DNA of 64,000 bases from Bacteroidota bacterium (GTDB lineage: Bacteria > Bacteroidota > Bacteroidia > Palsa-948). Within the stretch, counting starts at the first letter, position 1, and every line of letters starts with the position of its first letter. Positions 47,356 through 57,191 of this stretch are shown piece by piece. A program made the translations under genes and the position numbers. The DNA lies in assembly GCA_003164895.1 (NCBI GenBank), contig PLUL01000071.1, forward strand, positions 6,679-70,678, read 5' to 3'. The notes beneath the pieces are model-generated. The model searched no databases, had not been told where the DNA came from, and saw only the letters and a list, made by a program, of their open reading frames with translations.

Positions 47356-47599
47356 ATTAGTATTGATTTATAGAAGCAATGGGGATGGAATGTTTACTTC
47401 TGTTCGGTTGTAAAAGTATTAAAATTATTTTTCAGCGATAAAGTTGTAAAGAATGTTTTCATTTTTCTTTCCTGTGGGAGGCAGATTGGTAATGGCAATC
47501 TGGTCTTTACAGGAATGAAATTAGAAGAGCGAAAAATAATTTATCCGACTTCTTTCTTTCTGTGATATAATTCAGAAAGTGTTGCAATTCATCAGCTAT

Positions 47600-47995
47600 T
47601 CACTTTTCCGTTTTTAATGTCTTGAGCCAATCCAATGCCTCACTCTTTTTATTGAACGCTCTGAATTTAAAAGTATTATTAAAAAATTTATTAAATATAT
47701 CTACCAGCAACTTAACAGCTATCGAATTATTCACAATGGCAGATGCGATAAAATAATCCTTTAAATATTTGCTTGCATATTGCATGGCTTCCTCGTTGAA
47801 ATTAAAAAACACGCCTCCTTCAAAAAGATGCAAGGTCTCTTTAGAATTACAACCTAGCTTTTTATAAATATCAAAGTGTATTTTAATTTCTTCAAGATTA
47901 ACTTTTCCGTCTTCTTTCATTCTCATGTGAACGATCTTTTCATCATCCACCCAAATAGTTGCCGATTTGGTATCTATTATTTCAGTTCTACTCAT
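47600..47995 (-). CDS. hypothetical cytoplasmic protein (STAS/SpoIIAA-like fold suspected)
   Basis: 131 aa with no signal peptide. Clean ORF with a Bacteroidetes-like codon bias. No recognisable catalytic motif. Confidence 0.45.
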   Translation of the reverse strand: MSRTEIIDTKSATIWVDDEKIVHMRMKEDGKVNLEEIKIHFDIYKKLGCNSKETLHLFEGGVFFNFNEEAMQYASKYLKDYFIASAIVNNSIAVKLLVDIFNKFFNNTFKFRAFNKKSEALDWLKTLKTEK

Positions 47996-48197
47996 GAGTG
48001 AATAAAAATAGTTATTCTCTTAAACTAAAGGAATCTGTGGTTATATTGTCGGAATCATTAGTGTTAGAAGAACTATTTTCTATCATTTACTTGCTGTTAT
48101 TACAATATCGTTAAGGTAAGAATATTGCTTTTCATCACGCGCCAAAATTAAACCAAAAAGAGAAACAGAAAATAATTATTGAAAGTTTGTGTGCACC

Positions 48198-49568
48198 CTA
48201 ACCCTTTCTCACAAACAACTGTGCCGTTTCATATTTCACGACAAGGATTTTTTCACCTTTATCAATGAAACCTGATTCTGCTGTGGCATCGTAAACATCT
48301 CCATCAATTTCTACTTTTCCGGATGGGCGCAGAACGGTGAAAGCAGATCCTTCTTTGCCAACTAAGTTAAGTGAGGTCATGTCAACTCCCACGAATCCAT
48401 GTGCTTTTGAGTTTACTGATTTCACAGAAACTCTGCTGAATGCAGATGATTTAATAAATCGTCCGAATAAATAAAACGACAAGCCGATGGAAATGGTCGT
48501 GGATGCAAGCACGATGAATAGTGCGCTGATAAAAGCATTTCCTTCAGGAAGATTTACAGGAAAATTTGTCGGAACGCTTTTTACGAGCGAAAGTGCGAGC
48601 CCAAGTACGATAAATAAAACCCCCAGCGCGCCAGCCACTCCAAATCCCGGTATTACAAAAACTTCGAGAGCAAGTAAAATTACTCCAACAAAAAAGATAA
48701 GTATCTCCCAATTTTCCGCCAGTCCTTGCAAATAATGCGGAGCAAAATAAAGCAGCGCTGCAAGCATGGATGCCGCGATTGGAAAAATTGTTCCAGGTGC
48801 CTGAAATTCATAATAGATCCCGGCAATGATGATCATGATCAGAAATCCGCTGATAGCAGGATTGATAAGCCAGTCAATAGCAGTTCCTACACCTGAAATT
48901 TCGTATGTGATAATTTCATAATTTTCAACGTGCGCGAGTTTCAAAACTTCTTCCACCGATTTTGCTTCTCCTTCGCAGAAATGATTCTTAATTGCTTCGC
49001 TAGTGGTGAACGTCAATACTTTTCCTGAATCATTCACCCCTGGAATATATGCGCGTGAATCGTTCATTGCTTCAGCAATTTTTTGGTCACGTTTATTTTG
49101 TTCGGCAGTAGAACGCAGGATGGAACGCATATAGCTCTGGTATTTTTCAGGAGCAGGTTTTCCGTCCTGTCCGACCACCGTTGCTGCGCCAATATTTGCA
49201 CCCGGTGCCATGTAAATACTGTCGCATGAAATGGCAATAAGCGCTCCGGCAGAAGCTGCGTTGTTATCTACATAAGCATATACCGGAATCTTGCAATTTA
49301 GAATTGCGGTGCGCATTTTATCTGCATCGTCCACCGCGCCTCCGTAGGTATTCAAATAAAGAATAATGTAATCTGCTTTTGCATCAGACGCTTGTTTTAA
49401 TCCTTCCAGCAAATGACGCGAAGAAACGGGACCGATCTCTTCTTTGATGGGAAGAACGTAAACAATCGGTTTCAGGTTTTTGGGTCTGAATGTTTCTTGA
49501 GCAAATACAGAGTAGCAGGTAGCAAGTATTAAGTAGCAAGTAAGGAGAAAAGAAAAAATATTTTTCAT
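48198..49568 (-). CDS. NfeD-family membrane-bound serine protease (long form: ClpP-like domain, TM bundle, C-terminal OB-fold)
   Basis: Signal peptide. ClpP-class region ILYLNTYGGAVDDADKMRTAILNCKIPVYAYVDNNAASAGALIAISCDSIYMAPGANIGAAT. Four or five TM segments in the middle. C-terminal soluble beta-rich domain. Confidence 0.85.
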   Translation of the reverse strand: MKNIFSFLLTCYLILATCYSVFAQETFRPKNLKPIVYVLPIKEEIGPVSSRHLLEGLKQASDAKADYIILYLNTYGGAVDDADKMRTAILNCKIPVYAYVDNNAASAGALIAISCDSIYMAPGANIGAATVVGQDGKPAPEKYQSYMRSILRSTAEQNKRDQKIAEAMNDSRAYIPGVNDSGKVLTFTTSEAIKNHFCEGEAKSVEEVLKLAHVENYEIITYEISGVGTAIDWLINPAISGFLIMIIIAGIYYEFQAPGTIFPIAASMLAALLYFAPHYLQGLAENWEILIFFVGVILLALEVFVIPGFGVAGALGVLFIVLGLALSLVKSVPTNFPVNLPEGNAFISALFIVLASTTISIGLSFYLFGRFIKSSAFSRVSVKSVNSKAHGFVGVDMTSLNLVGKEGSAFTVLRPSGKVEIDGDVYDATAESGFIDKGEKILVVKYETAQLFVRKG

Positions 49569-49583
49569 TTGTTATATCCGGAA

Positions 49584-50744
49584 CTAAGTTAACTTCTTTT
49601 TTTCAAGCTTTCTAAAATAAAATATACCGACTATTCCCAAAAAGAAAAGCAGCGTTGAAATAATTTCTGCCTGTGTAATATGATTTCCAAAGATGTTGTA
49701 CGTTGTATTGATGCGAATTTTCTCTATGAAAAATCGTTCTACTCCGTTTAAAATAAGATAAACGCAAAACATAACACCGGGAGTTGTAATTTTTTTGCGC
49801 AGACTCCATAGAACAAAAAATAACGAGATACAAATTATCGCTTCCCAAAGCGGAGTAGGGAAGACAGGATTTTCAAGTACAGAACAATATTTTCCGGTGC
49901 AATCAGGAATCGGAATTCCAACGTTGTTCACATTGTGAGGATATTTATAAGCCCAAGCCCAGTCCGGAAGAAAAAACCAAGATGGTTTTGCTGATAGATT
50001 ATCAATTCCCCAATCGCCATCGCCAGCCATCTGGCAGCCGAGCCTGCCGACACCGTAAGCAAGCATGAGCGAAGGAGCGCATGCATCAATGAGATGCGTG
50101 GTGGTGATTCCATTTTTTCTTGCGTAATAGATAACAGAAAAAGCCGCAACGATCAAACCTCCGTACATCGTGAGTCCGCTGAAAGAAAAAATACTTCCCA
50201 TTGGATCGCGTATAAATTCATCCAGGTTTTCAAGATTGTGAAATATTTTTGCTCCGAGAATGCCAGCAACGGCAGCGATGAGCGTCATGTTCGGAACGTG
50301 CTCGTAAGGATGAAGTTTTACGACGACCAGCTCAGGTTTTGGAAGCTGTGCTTTTTTCATTTCGCTGTAACGCATCCAGCCAAGTAATGCAGCTCCGGCA
50401 ATTCCTCCTATGAGATTTCCCTGAAGAGAAAGAATGAATCCTTGCGTGTCGCCTGAGAAAGCAGAAAAATTAAACGCGATGTAAACAAGTTTGTAAAATA
50501 AAATGAATCCGAAAACAGAAGAAAGAACTATCTCGGAAGTTTTTGGTGCTTCACCTTTCAAATATTTTTTTTCTCCGGCGGAAACAAGACCTTCATTTTC
50601 TTTTCGCTGAAGTTCTTTGGAGAAAAAGTAGGCGGCAAACAAAAAAGAAATTGCTACCAGCACTCCGAAGCTTTGGAATATCTGCAGGAAGCCAAGCTTT
50701 ATGCCAAAAAGGTCTTGAAAAAAATAATAGAGATTTGGATACAT
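49584..50744 (-). CDS. lgt: prolipoprotein diacylglyceryl transferase
   Basis: Polytopic. YGGLIVAAFSVIYYARK and the Lgt signature ...YGVGRLGCQMAGDGDWG (G-R-x-G-C motif). 386 aa, the long Bacteroidetes form. Confidence 0.88.
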   Translation of the reverse strand: MYPNLYYFFQDLFGIKLGFLQIFQSFGVLVAISFLFAAYFFSKELQRKENEGLVSAGEKKYLKGEAPKTSEIVLSSVFGFILFYKLVYIAFNFSAFSGDTQGFILSLQGNLIGGIAGAALLGWMRYSEMKKAQLPKPELVVVKLHPYEHVPNMTLIAAVAGILGAKIFHNLENLDEFIRDPMGSIFSFSGLTMYGGLIVAAFSVIYYARKNGITTTHLIDACAPSLMLAYGVGRLGCQMAGDGDWGIDNLSAKPSWFFLPDWAWAYKYPHNVNNVGIPIPDCTGKYCSVLENPVFPTPLWEAIICISLFFVLWSLRKKITTPGVMFCVYLILNGVERFFIEKIRINTTYNIFGNHITQAEIISTLLFFLGIVGIFYFRKLEKKKLT

Positions 50745-50753
50745 TTAGAAAAA

Positions 50754-52091
50754 TTATGAATGTTGAAAAACGAGGGATGAATCATGTTCTTTAATTAATA
50801 CGCTTCCGTCTGTGTCAATTTTTTTTAAAGTTACGATTTGAAGTTCATTCCAGAGTTCAGGATTGAATTTTGTTTTCACTTTCACATAATTTTCTGTAAA
50901 GCCATGCATGATCCCATCTTTTCCTTCTCTCTCAAATAAAACTGTTCTTTCGGTGCCGATATTTTCAGTATAAAATTTTTGTTGTTTTACCTCAGAAAGA
51001 TTTCTCAGCACACGATTTCTCTTTTTTCGTTCTTCGATCGGAACAATAGGTTTGAATCCGATGGCTTCGGTGTTGTCGCGTTCGGAATAAGTGAAAACGT
51101 GCAGGTAAGAAATATCCAGCGAATCAATAAAATTGTAAGTGTCTAAAAAATCTTCTTCTGTTTCTCCCGGAAATCCTACGATCACATCCACTCCAATGCA
51201 GCAGTGAGGCATGAGGGATTTTATTTTCTGAACGCGCTCCACATATAACTCACGCTGGTAACGTCTGCGCATCAGTTTTAGGATTTTATCCGAACCAGAT
51301 TGCAATGGAATATGAAAATGCGGGACAAATCGTTCGGAAGTAGAGACAAATTCAATAATTTCATCTGTGAGAAGATTTGGCTCGATGGATGAAATTCTGA
51401 ATCGTGAAATACCTTTTACTTTATCAAGCGCTTTCACCAGATCAAAAAAAGATTCTGAATTATTTTTACCTGCTTTATTCCCAAAGTCTCCCACATTCAC
51501 ACCCGATAAAATAATTTCTTTCACACCTTGTTCGGCAATTTTTTCTGCATTGAGAACAATATTTATTATAGAATCACTTCGACTGGTACCGCGAGCCATC
51601 GGAATGGTGCAGTAAGAACAGTTGTAATCGCAACCATCCTGTATTTTTAAAAACGCCCGCGTGCGGTCACCGGAAGAGAATGCGCTGTTAAACAAATCAA
51701 CATCTTCTATTGCACAGGAATGAATTTCGGCTTTCTCTTTTTTATTTCCGTCTTTTATGAATCCAACCACATTAAATTTTTCTGAAGCGCCAATTACCAG
51801 ATCAACGCCTTTAATATTCGCGATCTCTTCGGGTTTTAATTGCGCGTAGCATCCGGTCACGATCACAAATGCATTGGGAGAATTTCTGAGCGCTATACGG
51901 ACGAAACGTCTGCACTCGCGGTTGGCATCTTCGGTAACCGAACAAGTGTTGATGACAAAAATATCAGCACCATTCTCAAAATCGGTTTTCACAAAACCAT
52001 TTTGCTCAAACTGCCGTGCAAGCGTAGAAGTTTCAGCAAAATTTAATTTGCAACCGAGCGTATGAAAAGCAACTAATTTTTGAGCGTTCAT
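50754..52091 (-). CDS. mtaB: tRNA (N6-threonylcarbamoyladenosine37-C2)-methylthiotransferase MtaB (radical-SAM methylthiotransferase)
   Basis: N-terminal MTTase domain VAFHTLGCKLNFAETS (MtaB-type), radical-SAM CDYNCSYCTIP cluster motif, and a C-terminal TRAM-like region. Confidence 0.85.
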   Translation of the reverse strand: MNAQKLVAFHTLGCKLNFAETSTLARQFEQNGFVKTDFENGADIFVINTCSVTEDANRECRRFVRIALRNSPNAFVIVTGCYAQLKPEEIANIKGVDLVIGASEKFNVVGFIKDGNKKEKAEIHSCAIEDVDLFNSAFSSGDRTRAFLKIQDGCDYNCSYCTIPMARGTSRSDSIINIVLNAEKIAEQGVKEIILSGVNVGDFGNKAGKNNSESFFDLVKALDKVKGISRFRISSIEPNLLTDEIIEFVSTSERFVPHFHIPLQSGSDKILKLMRRRYQRELYVERVQKIKSLMPHCCIGVDVIVGFPGETEEDFLDTYNFIDSLDISYLHVFTYSERDNTEAIGFKPIVPIEERKKRNRVLRNLSEVKQQKFYTENIGTERTVLFEREGKDGIMHGFTENYVKVKTKFNPELWNELQIVTLKKIDTDGSVLIKEHDSSLVFQHS

Positions 52092-52210
52092 AATAAGGAG
52101 GGCAAAGATAAAGGAAAGAAGCTAAATGTGTTAATAAACTTGTTCATCATTACTTCAGCATGGTAAGATTTTCTCGGTTATGTTTTTCTAAACTTGCTTT
52201 TCAAACTATC

Positions 52211-53854
52211 ATGATGAAAATATTTTTCAAATTATCTTTACTGCTATTTCTGTTTCCACTTTTTTATTCTTGCGGTCCTTCGGGAAGCGAATCGGGAAAG
52301 AAATTTTTTCGCTATAATGAGTCAGGGGAAATTACCTCGTTGGATCCGGCATCGGCAAAAAGAGTGGAGAATATCTGGGCAGTGAATCAGATGTTTAATG
52401 GATTGGTTCAGTTGGATGATAATCTTCAAATAGTTCCCTGTATAGCAAAAAGCTGGACAATTTCAGACAGCGGCAGAACTTACACTTTTCACTTGCGTAA
52501 CGATGTGTTCTTTCACGATCATCCATTTTTTCCGAATGGAAAAGGAAGGAAAGTAGTGGCGCAGGATTTTGTGCTTTCGCTTTTCCGCCTGATGGATATG
52601 GACGAGGAGCAAAGTGCAAAATATCTTTTCTCCAATATTGCCCGTGATGATCGAAGTGACAATCTGGGGTTCATTGCGCCCGATGATTCTACATTCAAAA
52701 TTTTCCTTATCGATCCGTTTCCTCCTTTCCTGAATATTCTCACAATGCAATATTGTTCGGTCATTCCGAATGAAGTGGTAGAACATTACGGAGCTGACTT
52801 CCGCAGAAATCCTGTAGGCACAGGACCGTTTATGTTCAAAGCATGGGAAGAAGGGGTGAAATTGGTTTTGGTGAAAAACGAACATTATTTTGAAAAAGAA
52901 AAAGATGCAGCTCTTCCATATTTGGATGGCATCACCGTGAATTTTGTAAAAGACAAACAGAGTGCGTTCATCGATTTTGAAAAAGGAGATGCCGATATGC
53001 TTTCAGGTGCAGATATGGTGAACATTGATCTGATCATTGATAAGGATGGAAAATTAAAACCGGAATACGCAGGGAAATTTAAAATGCAAACCGGTTCTTA
53101 TTTGAAAACAGATTACCTCGGATTTTTAGTTGATGCAGATTCTGTAATTGTGAAAAAAAGTCCGCTGAGAATAAAAGAAGTGCGTGAGGCGATAGGATAT
53201 GCCATCGATCGAGAAAAAATTGTAAAGCATCTGCGAAACAGCATCGGCACGTCTGCTGCACAGGGATTTCTTCCGAAAGGAATGCCTTCGTTTGATTCTA
53301 CACTTCAAGGATTCAATTACAATCCCGAAAAATCGCGTGAGCTTTTGAAAAAAGCCGGATTCCCCGGAGGAAAAGGAATTGACGAGATCACTCTTAATAT
53401 TACCGAGCAATATCTTGACCTGAGTCAGTTCATTGAACATGAACTGGAAGAAGTTGGAATCCCTGTGAAGATATATTTGAATCGCCCGATCGTGCAGATC
53501 GAATTGATTGCGAATGCTAAAGTGAATTTCTTTCGCAAATCGTGGGTGGCGGATTATGCCGATGCTGAAAATTTCTTTGCTTGTTTCTATAGCAAGAATT
53601 TTTCTCCGAAAGGACCGAACTATACGCACTTTAAAAATATTGCGTACGATCAGTTATTTGAAAAGGCGCTCAATGAATCGGATAATGCAAAACGATTTGC
53701 CATTTACAATCAGCTGGATAAAATTCTGATTGAAGAAGCGCCTATCGTTCCGCTTTTCTACGACCAGGTGTTTCGCCTTGTGAACAATGACATTGAAGGA
53801 TTTACTCTCAACCCGATGAATCTTTTGAATTTGAAGAGGGTGAAGAAAAAATAA
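52211..53854 (+). CDS. ABC transporter substrate-binding lipoprotein, family 5 (peptide/nickel/oligosaccharide type), orphan
   Basis: Lipoprotein signal MMKIFFKLSLLLFLFPLFYSCG. SBP_bac_5-like fold length. No permease or ATPase genes adjacent. Confidence 0.8.
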   Translation: MMKIFFKLSLLLFLFPLFYSCGPSGSESGKKFFRYNESGEITSLDPASAKRVENIWAVNQMFNGLVQLDDNLQIVPCIAKSWTISDSGRTYTFHLRNDVFFHDHPFFPNGKGRKVVAQDFVLSLFRLMDMDEEQSAKYLFSNIARDDRSDNLGFIAPDDSTFKIFLIDPFPPFLNILTMQYCSVIPNEVVEHYGADFRRNPVGTGPFMFKAWEEGVKLVLVKNEHYFEKEKDAALPYLDGITVNFVKDKQSAFIDFEKGDADMLSGADMVNIDLIIDKDGKLKPEYAGKFKMQTGSYLKTDYLGFLVDADSVIVKKSPLRIKEVREAIGYAIDREKIVKHLRNSIGTSAAQGFLPKGMPSFDSTLQGFNYNPEKSRELLKKAGFPGGKGIDEITLNITEQYLDLSQFIEHELEEVGIPVKIYLNRPIVQIELIANAKVNFFRKSWVADYADAENFFACFYSKNFSPKGPNYTHFKNIAYDQLFEKALNESDNAKRFAIYNQLDKILIEEAPIVPLFYDQVFRLVNNDIEGFTLNPMNLLNLKRVKKK

Positions 53855-53867
53855 TCATTCGCTCATT

Positions 53868-54989
53868 TTACTTTTCAATTTCATTCTTCTTAATGATAGT
53901 ACTTATCGCATAATGATCCGATAATTCTTCCGGATGAACTTGAAAATCTGAAGAAGTGAATTCATCGGAATGAAAAATATAATCAATCCTGTAGGATGGA
54001 AAATCCCCGATATAAGTGTTGCCGATACCGCTTCCGCTTTCCATGAACGCATCTTTATATTTTTCAGAGAATGTATGATAGGAATATGAAAAAGGGGTGT
54101 CGTTGAAGTCTCCGCAAATGATCACAGGATATTTGCAGGAATTGATGTGAGCAATAATTTTTTCCGTTTGACTTGCGCGTTTCACAAATGCGCGTTTTAC
54201 TCGCCTTAGAATATTTTTAGATTCGATCTCAATATCCTCCACATCCAGCGTATCGTTATTTTCATTCAGCGCTTCAATAAATTTATAATCAGAATTATTG
54301 AAACTGATGGATTGTAAGTGCATGTTATACACGCGAATTGTATCGTTATTAATTTTCAGATCAGAAAAAATGCAAATGTTGTTGCTTCGGTATTTGAATG
54401 GAACTTTCCCTTTTTTTATAATCGGGAATTTGCTGAACGTTGCAATTCCCCAGTGTTCTTTTTTTCTTCTCGTAAGTGTGTATTCAATGTGATGATTTGT
54501 TGCTTGAGTAAGATCAACGAGCGGATTTATGGTCTCATAAAATCCGCTGTCACCCTGAAAAAATTCCTGAAGACACAATATGTCGGCTGATTCTTCTTTT
54601 AAGAATGAAAAGATTTTGCTCTTAGTTTGTTTATGGTGCGTCCAATTATATAAATCAAAATCTCGAACGTTGTAGGATAGAACTTGAATTCCTTTTTCAT
54701 TTGTGTTTTTGTTGAAAATACCAAAGTGGAAAAGATGTTTCATATTATTCCATCCTATCAGAATGATAATAAGCGACACCCAGTATAATTTTTTCCAGCG
54801 AATAAGCCAATAGATAAGGAATAAAAAATTTACAATCAGCAGCCAGGGGAATGCCAGTCCGAAGAATGCAAGCAGCCAAAAATGTTTTGGATTTGCATAA
54901 GGTGAAAAATAAGAGAAAAAAAGTGCGGCAAGAAAAATAAAATAAACTATGCGCAAGCAAAACGATGCGATGGATTTTAACTTTCCCAT
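53868..54989 (-). CDS. endonuclease/exonuclease/phosphatase (EEP) family protein with an N-terminal membrane anchor
   Basis: Two N-terminal TM helices. EEP motifs DILCLQEF, ...NMHLQS..., and the C-terminal SDHYAISTII (catalytic His). Confidence 0.8.
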   Translation of the reverse strand: MGKLKSIASFCLRIVYFIFLAALFFSYFSPYANPKHFWLLAFFGLAFPWLLIVNFLFLIYWLIRWKKLYWVSLIIILIGWNNMKHLFHFGIFNKNTNEKGIQVLSYNVRDFDLYNWTHHKQTKSKIFSFLKEESADILCLQEFFQGDSGFYETINPLVDLTQATNHHIEYTLTRRKKEHWGIATFSKFPIIKKGKVPFKYRSNNICIFSDLKINNDTIRVYNMHLQSISFNNSDYKFIEALNENNDTLDVEDIEIESKNILRRVKRAFVKRASQTEKIIAHINSCKYPVIICGDFNDTPFSYSYHTFSEKYKDAFMESGSGIGNTYIGDFPSYRIDYIFHSDEFTSSDFQVHPEELSDHYAISTIIKKNEIEK

Positions 54990-54992
54990 AGG

Positions 54993-55862
54993 TTATTTCT
55001 TTCCGCTCGCTTTGAACAAAAAATCTTTTTCATCTTTCGTCAGTGCATCGTATCCCGATTTCGAGATTTTGTCGAGTATCGAATCAATTCGTTGTTGCTT
55101 TGCTTTCTGATTCAGATTGTATTCGTCATCGTTCACTTTTCGGCTGTAACTGACTTTTATTTTCGGTCGTTTTGAAAACAAACCGACAATCCAATCAAGA
55201 AAAGCGGTTACTGGTTTTGTAATATCGTTCCCATTTTTGTATTGCAGCATGAATATCATTCCGAAAAGCGCTCCGCCAATGTGTGAAATTTTCCCTCCTG
55301 TGTTTTGCGAAATATCGAGAAGACTTGTAAGAATGAATGAAGCAAGAGCAAGGTATTTGAGTTTAACTCCGCCGAAGAACACAAGATGAATCATATAATC
55401 GGGAAGAAGAATTGCAATGGCAACCACCACCGCCATCACTCCGGCAGAAGCGCCAAGTAAAATTGTATTGGAAAAATAAATTGGAAAAATCATTGATGTA
55501 AGTGTGAAAAGAATTCCCCCGCTGATTCCACCAAGAAGATAAACAGCTACCAGTCTTTTACTGCCCACATATTCCACGAAAATTTTACCGAGCCAATAAA
55601 GCCAAAGCATGTTGAATAAGATGTGCATCAATCCTTCGTGCAAAAACATGTATGTAAAAAAAGTCCAGCCATGTGTAAGAGCAAGAATTGTATCGCCGGG
55701 AAGTGCAAGCCAGTAAACCAATGAATGACCGTTTCCGGTAAATCGGATTAATTCACCAACAACATTTACGATAAAAAACACAATCACATTGATGAGAATG
55801 ATTCGCATCAATCCGTTTCCGCTTCCGGAGAAAACATTTTTCAGGTCGTCTGTTACTGACAT
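54993..55862 (-). CDS. rhomboid-family intramembrane serine protease
   Basis: Six TM segments. Catalytic GxSG (LLGASAGVMAVVVA) in TM4 and the TM6 His (ISHIGGALFG). Also HILFNMLWLYW. Confidence 0.85.
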   Translation of the reverse strand: MSVTDDLKNVFSGSGNGLMRIILINVIVFFIVNVVGELIRFTGNGHSLVYWLALPGDTILALTHGWTFFTYMFLHEGLMHILFNMLWLYWLGKIFVEYVGSKRLVAVYLLGGISGGILFTLTSMIFPIYFSNTILLGASAGVMAVVVAIAILLPDYMIHLVFFGGVKLKYLALASFILTSLLDISQNTGGKISHIGGALFGMIFMLQYKNGNDITKPVTAFLDWIVGLFSKRPKIKVSYSRKVNDDEYNLNQKAKQQRIDSILDKISKSGYDALTKDEKDFLFKASGKK

Positions 55863-55940
55863 AATAAATTTTTCGCTTCAAAGTTAATTGATTTTATGCG
55901 ACATTTGTCAAATCTACAATTTACGAATGAGAAAAATTTT

Positions 55941-57185
55941 ATGAGTTTACAATTTCAAAAATTCACTCTCGATAATGGTTTGCGTGTCATCTATCACGAA
56001 GACAAATCCACTCCACTGGTGTGCATGAATATTTTGTATGATGTTGGCGCACGCGATGAAGATTCCAATCGTACCGGCTTCGCGCATTTGTTCGAACATC
56101 TGATGTTTGGCGGAAGCGTGAATATTCCAAGCTACGATGAGCCGTTGCAGCGAGTTGGTGGCGAGAACAATGCTTTTACTTCAAACGATATTACAAATTA
56201 TTACCTCACCGTTCCGACTGCAAATCTTGAAACTGCGTTTTGGTTGGAGAGCGATAGAATGTTATCGCTCGCATTTTCTGAAAAAAGTTTTGAAGTGCAG
56301 CGCAATGTGGTGATTGAAGAATTCAAGCAGCGATATTTGAATCAACCATACGGAGACATTTGGCTTTTGATGCGACCGATGGTTTATAAAGTTCATCCTT
56401 ATTTGTGGGATACGATTGGCAAAGATATTTCTCATATTGCTGAAGCCAAGATGGAAGATGTAAAAGCGTTCTTTAAAAAATTCTATTGTCCGAATAATGC
56501 CATCATGGTTCTGGCGGGAAATACTACGCTTGAAGAAGTGAAACGACTTGCGGAAAAATGGTTTGCACCGATTCCAAAAGGACCGGATAATAAGCGCAAT
56601 CTTCCTGCGGAACCGGAACAAAAAGAATTTCGTTCGCTCACTGTTGAGCGTGAGGTTCCTTTCAATGCCATTTATCAAACGTACCGTATGTGTTCTCGTA
56701 AGGACAAGGAATTTTACGCGGTGGATCTGCTTTCAGATATTCTCTCAGATGGAAATTCTTCCCGACTCTACAACGAATTAGTAAAGAACAAAAAAATGTT
56801 TTCCGAACTCAGCGCGTATGCCGATGACAGCATGGACAAAGGAATGTTTGTGATAAGCGGAAAAGTGTTGGACGGATTTACGTTAGAGCAGGCAGAAAAA
56901 GCAATTGCAGAAGAACTGGATAAACTGAAAATGGAAAAAGTTCAGGAAAAGGAATTGCAAAAAGTTCAGAATAAAATTGAAGCTACGCTTGAATTCTCGG
57001 AAATGAATATCATGAATAAGGCTCTGAACTTTGCGATTGCAGAATTGCTGGGCGATGCTGATTATGTGAACCATGAAGCGGAAAAATATCTTGCTGTTAC
57101 CACCGAGCAAATTCAGCAACAGGCAAAGCAGATTTTTAGAAAAGAAAATTGTTCAACTTTGTATTATTTAGCGAAGAATAATTAA
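55941..57185 (+). CDS. M16 (pitrilysin/insulinase) family zinc peptidase, active-type subunit
   Basis: Inverted zinc motif HxxEH: GFAHLFEHLMFGG, with the downstream Glu (NAFTSNDITNYY...E). About 415 aa. Confidence 0.85.
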   Translation: MSLQFQKFTLDNGLRVIYHEDKSTPLVCMNILYDVGARDEDSNRTGFAHLFEHLMFGGSVNIPSYDEPLQRVGGENNAFTSNDITNYYLTVPTANLETAFWLESDRMLSLAFSEKSFEVQRNVVIEEFKQRYLNQPYGDIWLLMRPMVYKVHPYLWDTIGKDISHIAEAKMEDVKAFFKKFYCPNNAIMVLAGNTTLEEVKRLAEKWFAPIPKGPDNKRNLPAEPEQKEFRSLTVEREVPFNAIYQTYRMCSRKDKEFYAVDLLSDILSDGNSSRLYNELVKNKKMFSELSAYADDSMDKGMFVISGKVLDGFTLEQAEKAIAEELDKLKMEKVQEKELQKVQNKIEATLEFSEMNIMNKALNFAIAELLGDADYVNHEAEKYLAVTTEQIQQQAKQIFRKENCSTLYYLAKNN

Positions 57186-57191
57186 AAAATT

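Noticed and set aside
47537-47562. 7-bp-stem hairpin CTTTCTG-N9-CAGAAAG downstream of gene 47600..47995
   Set aside because: There is no U-tract after it in the transcript orientation, so it is a weak terminator candidate at best.
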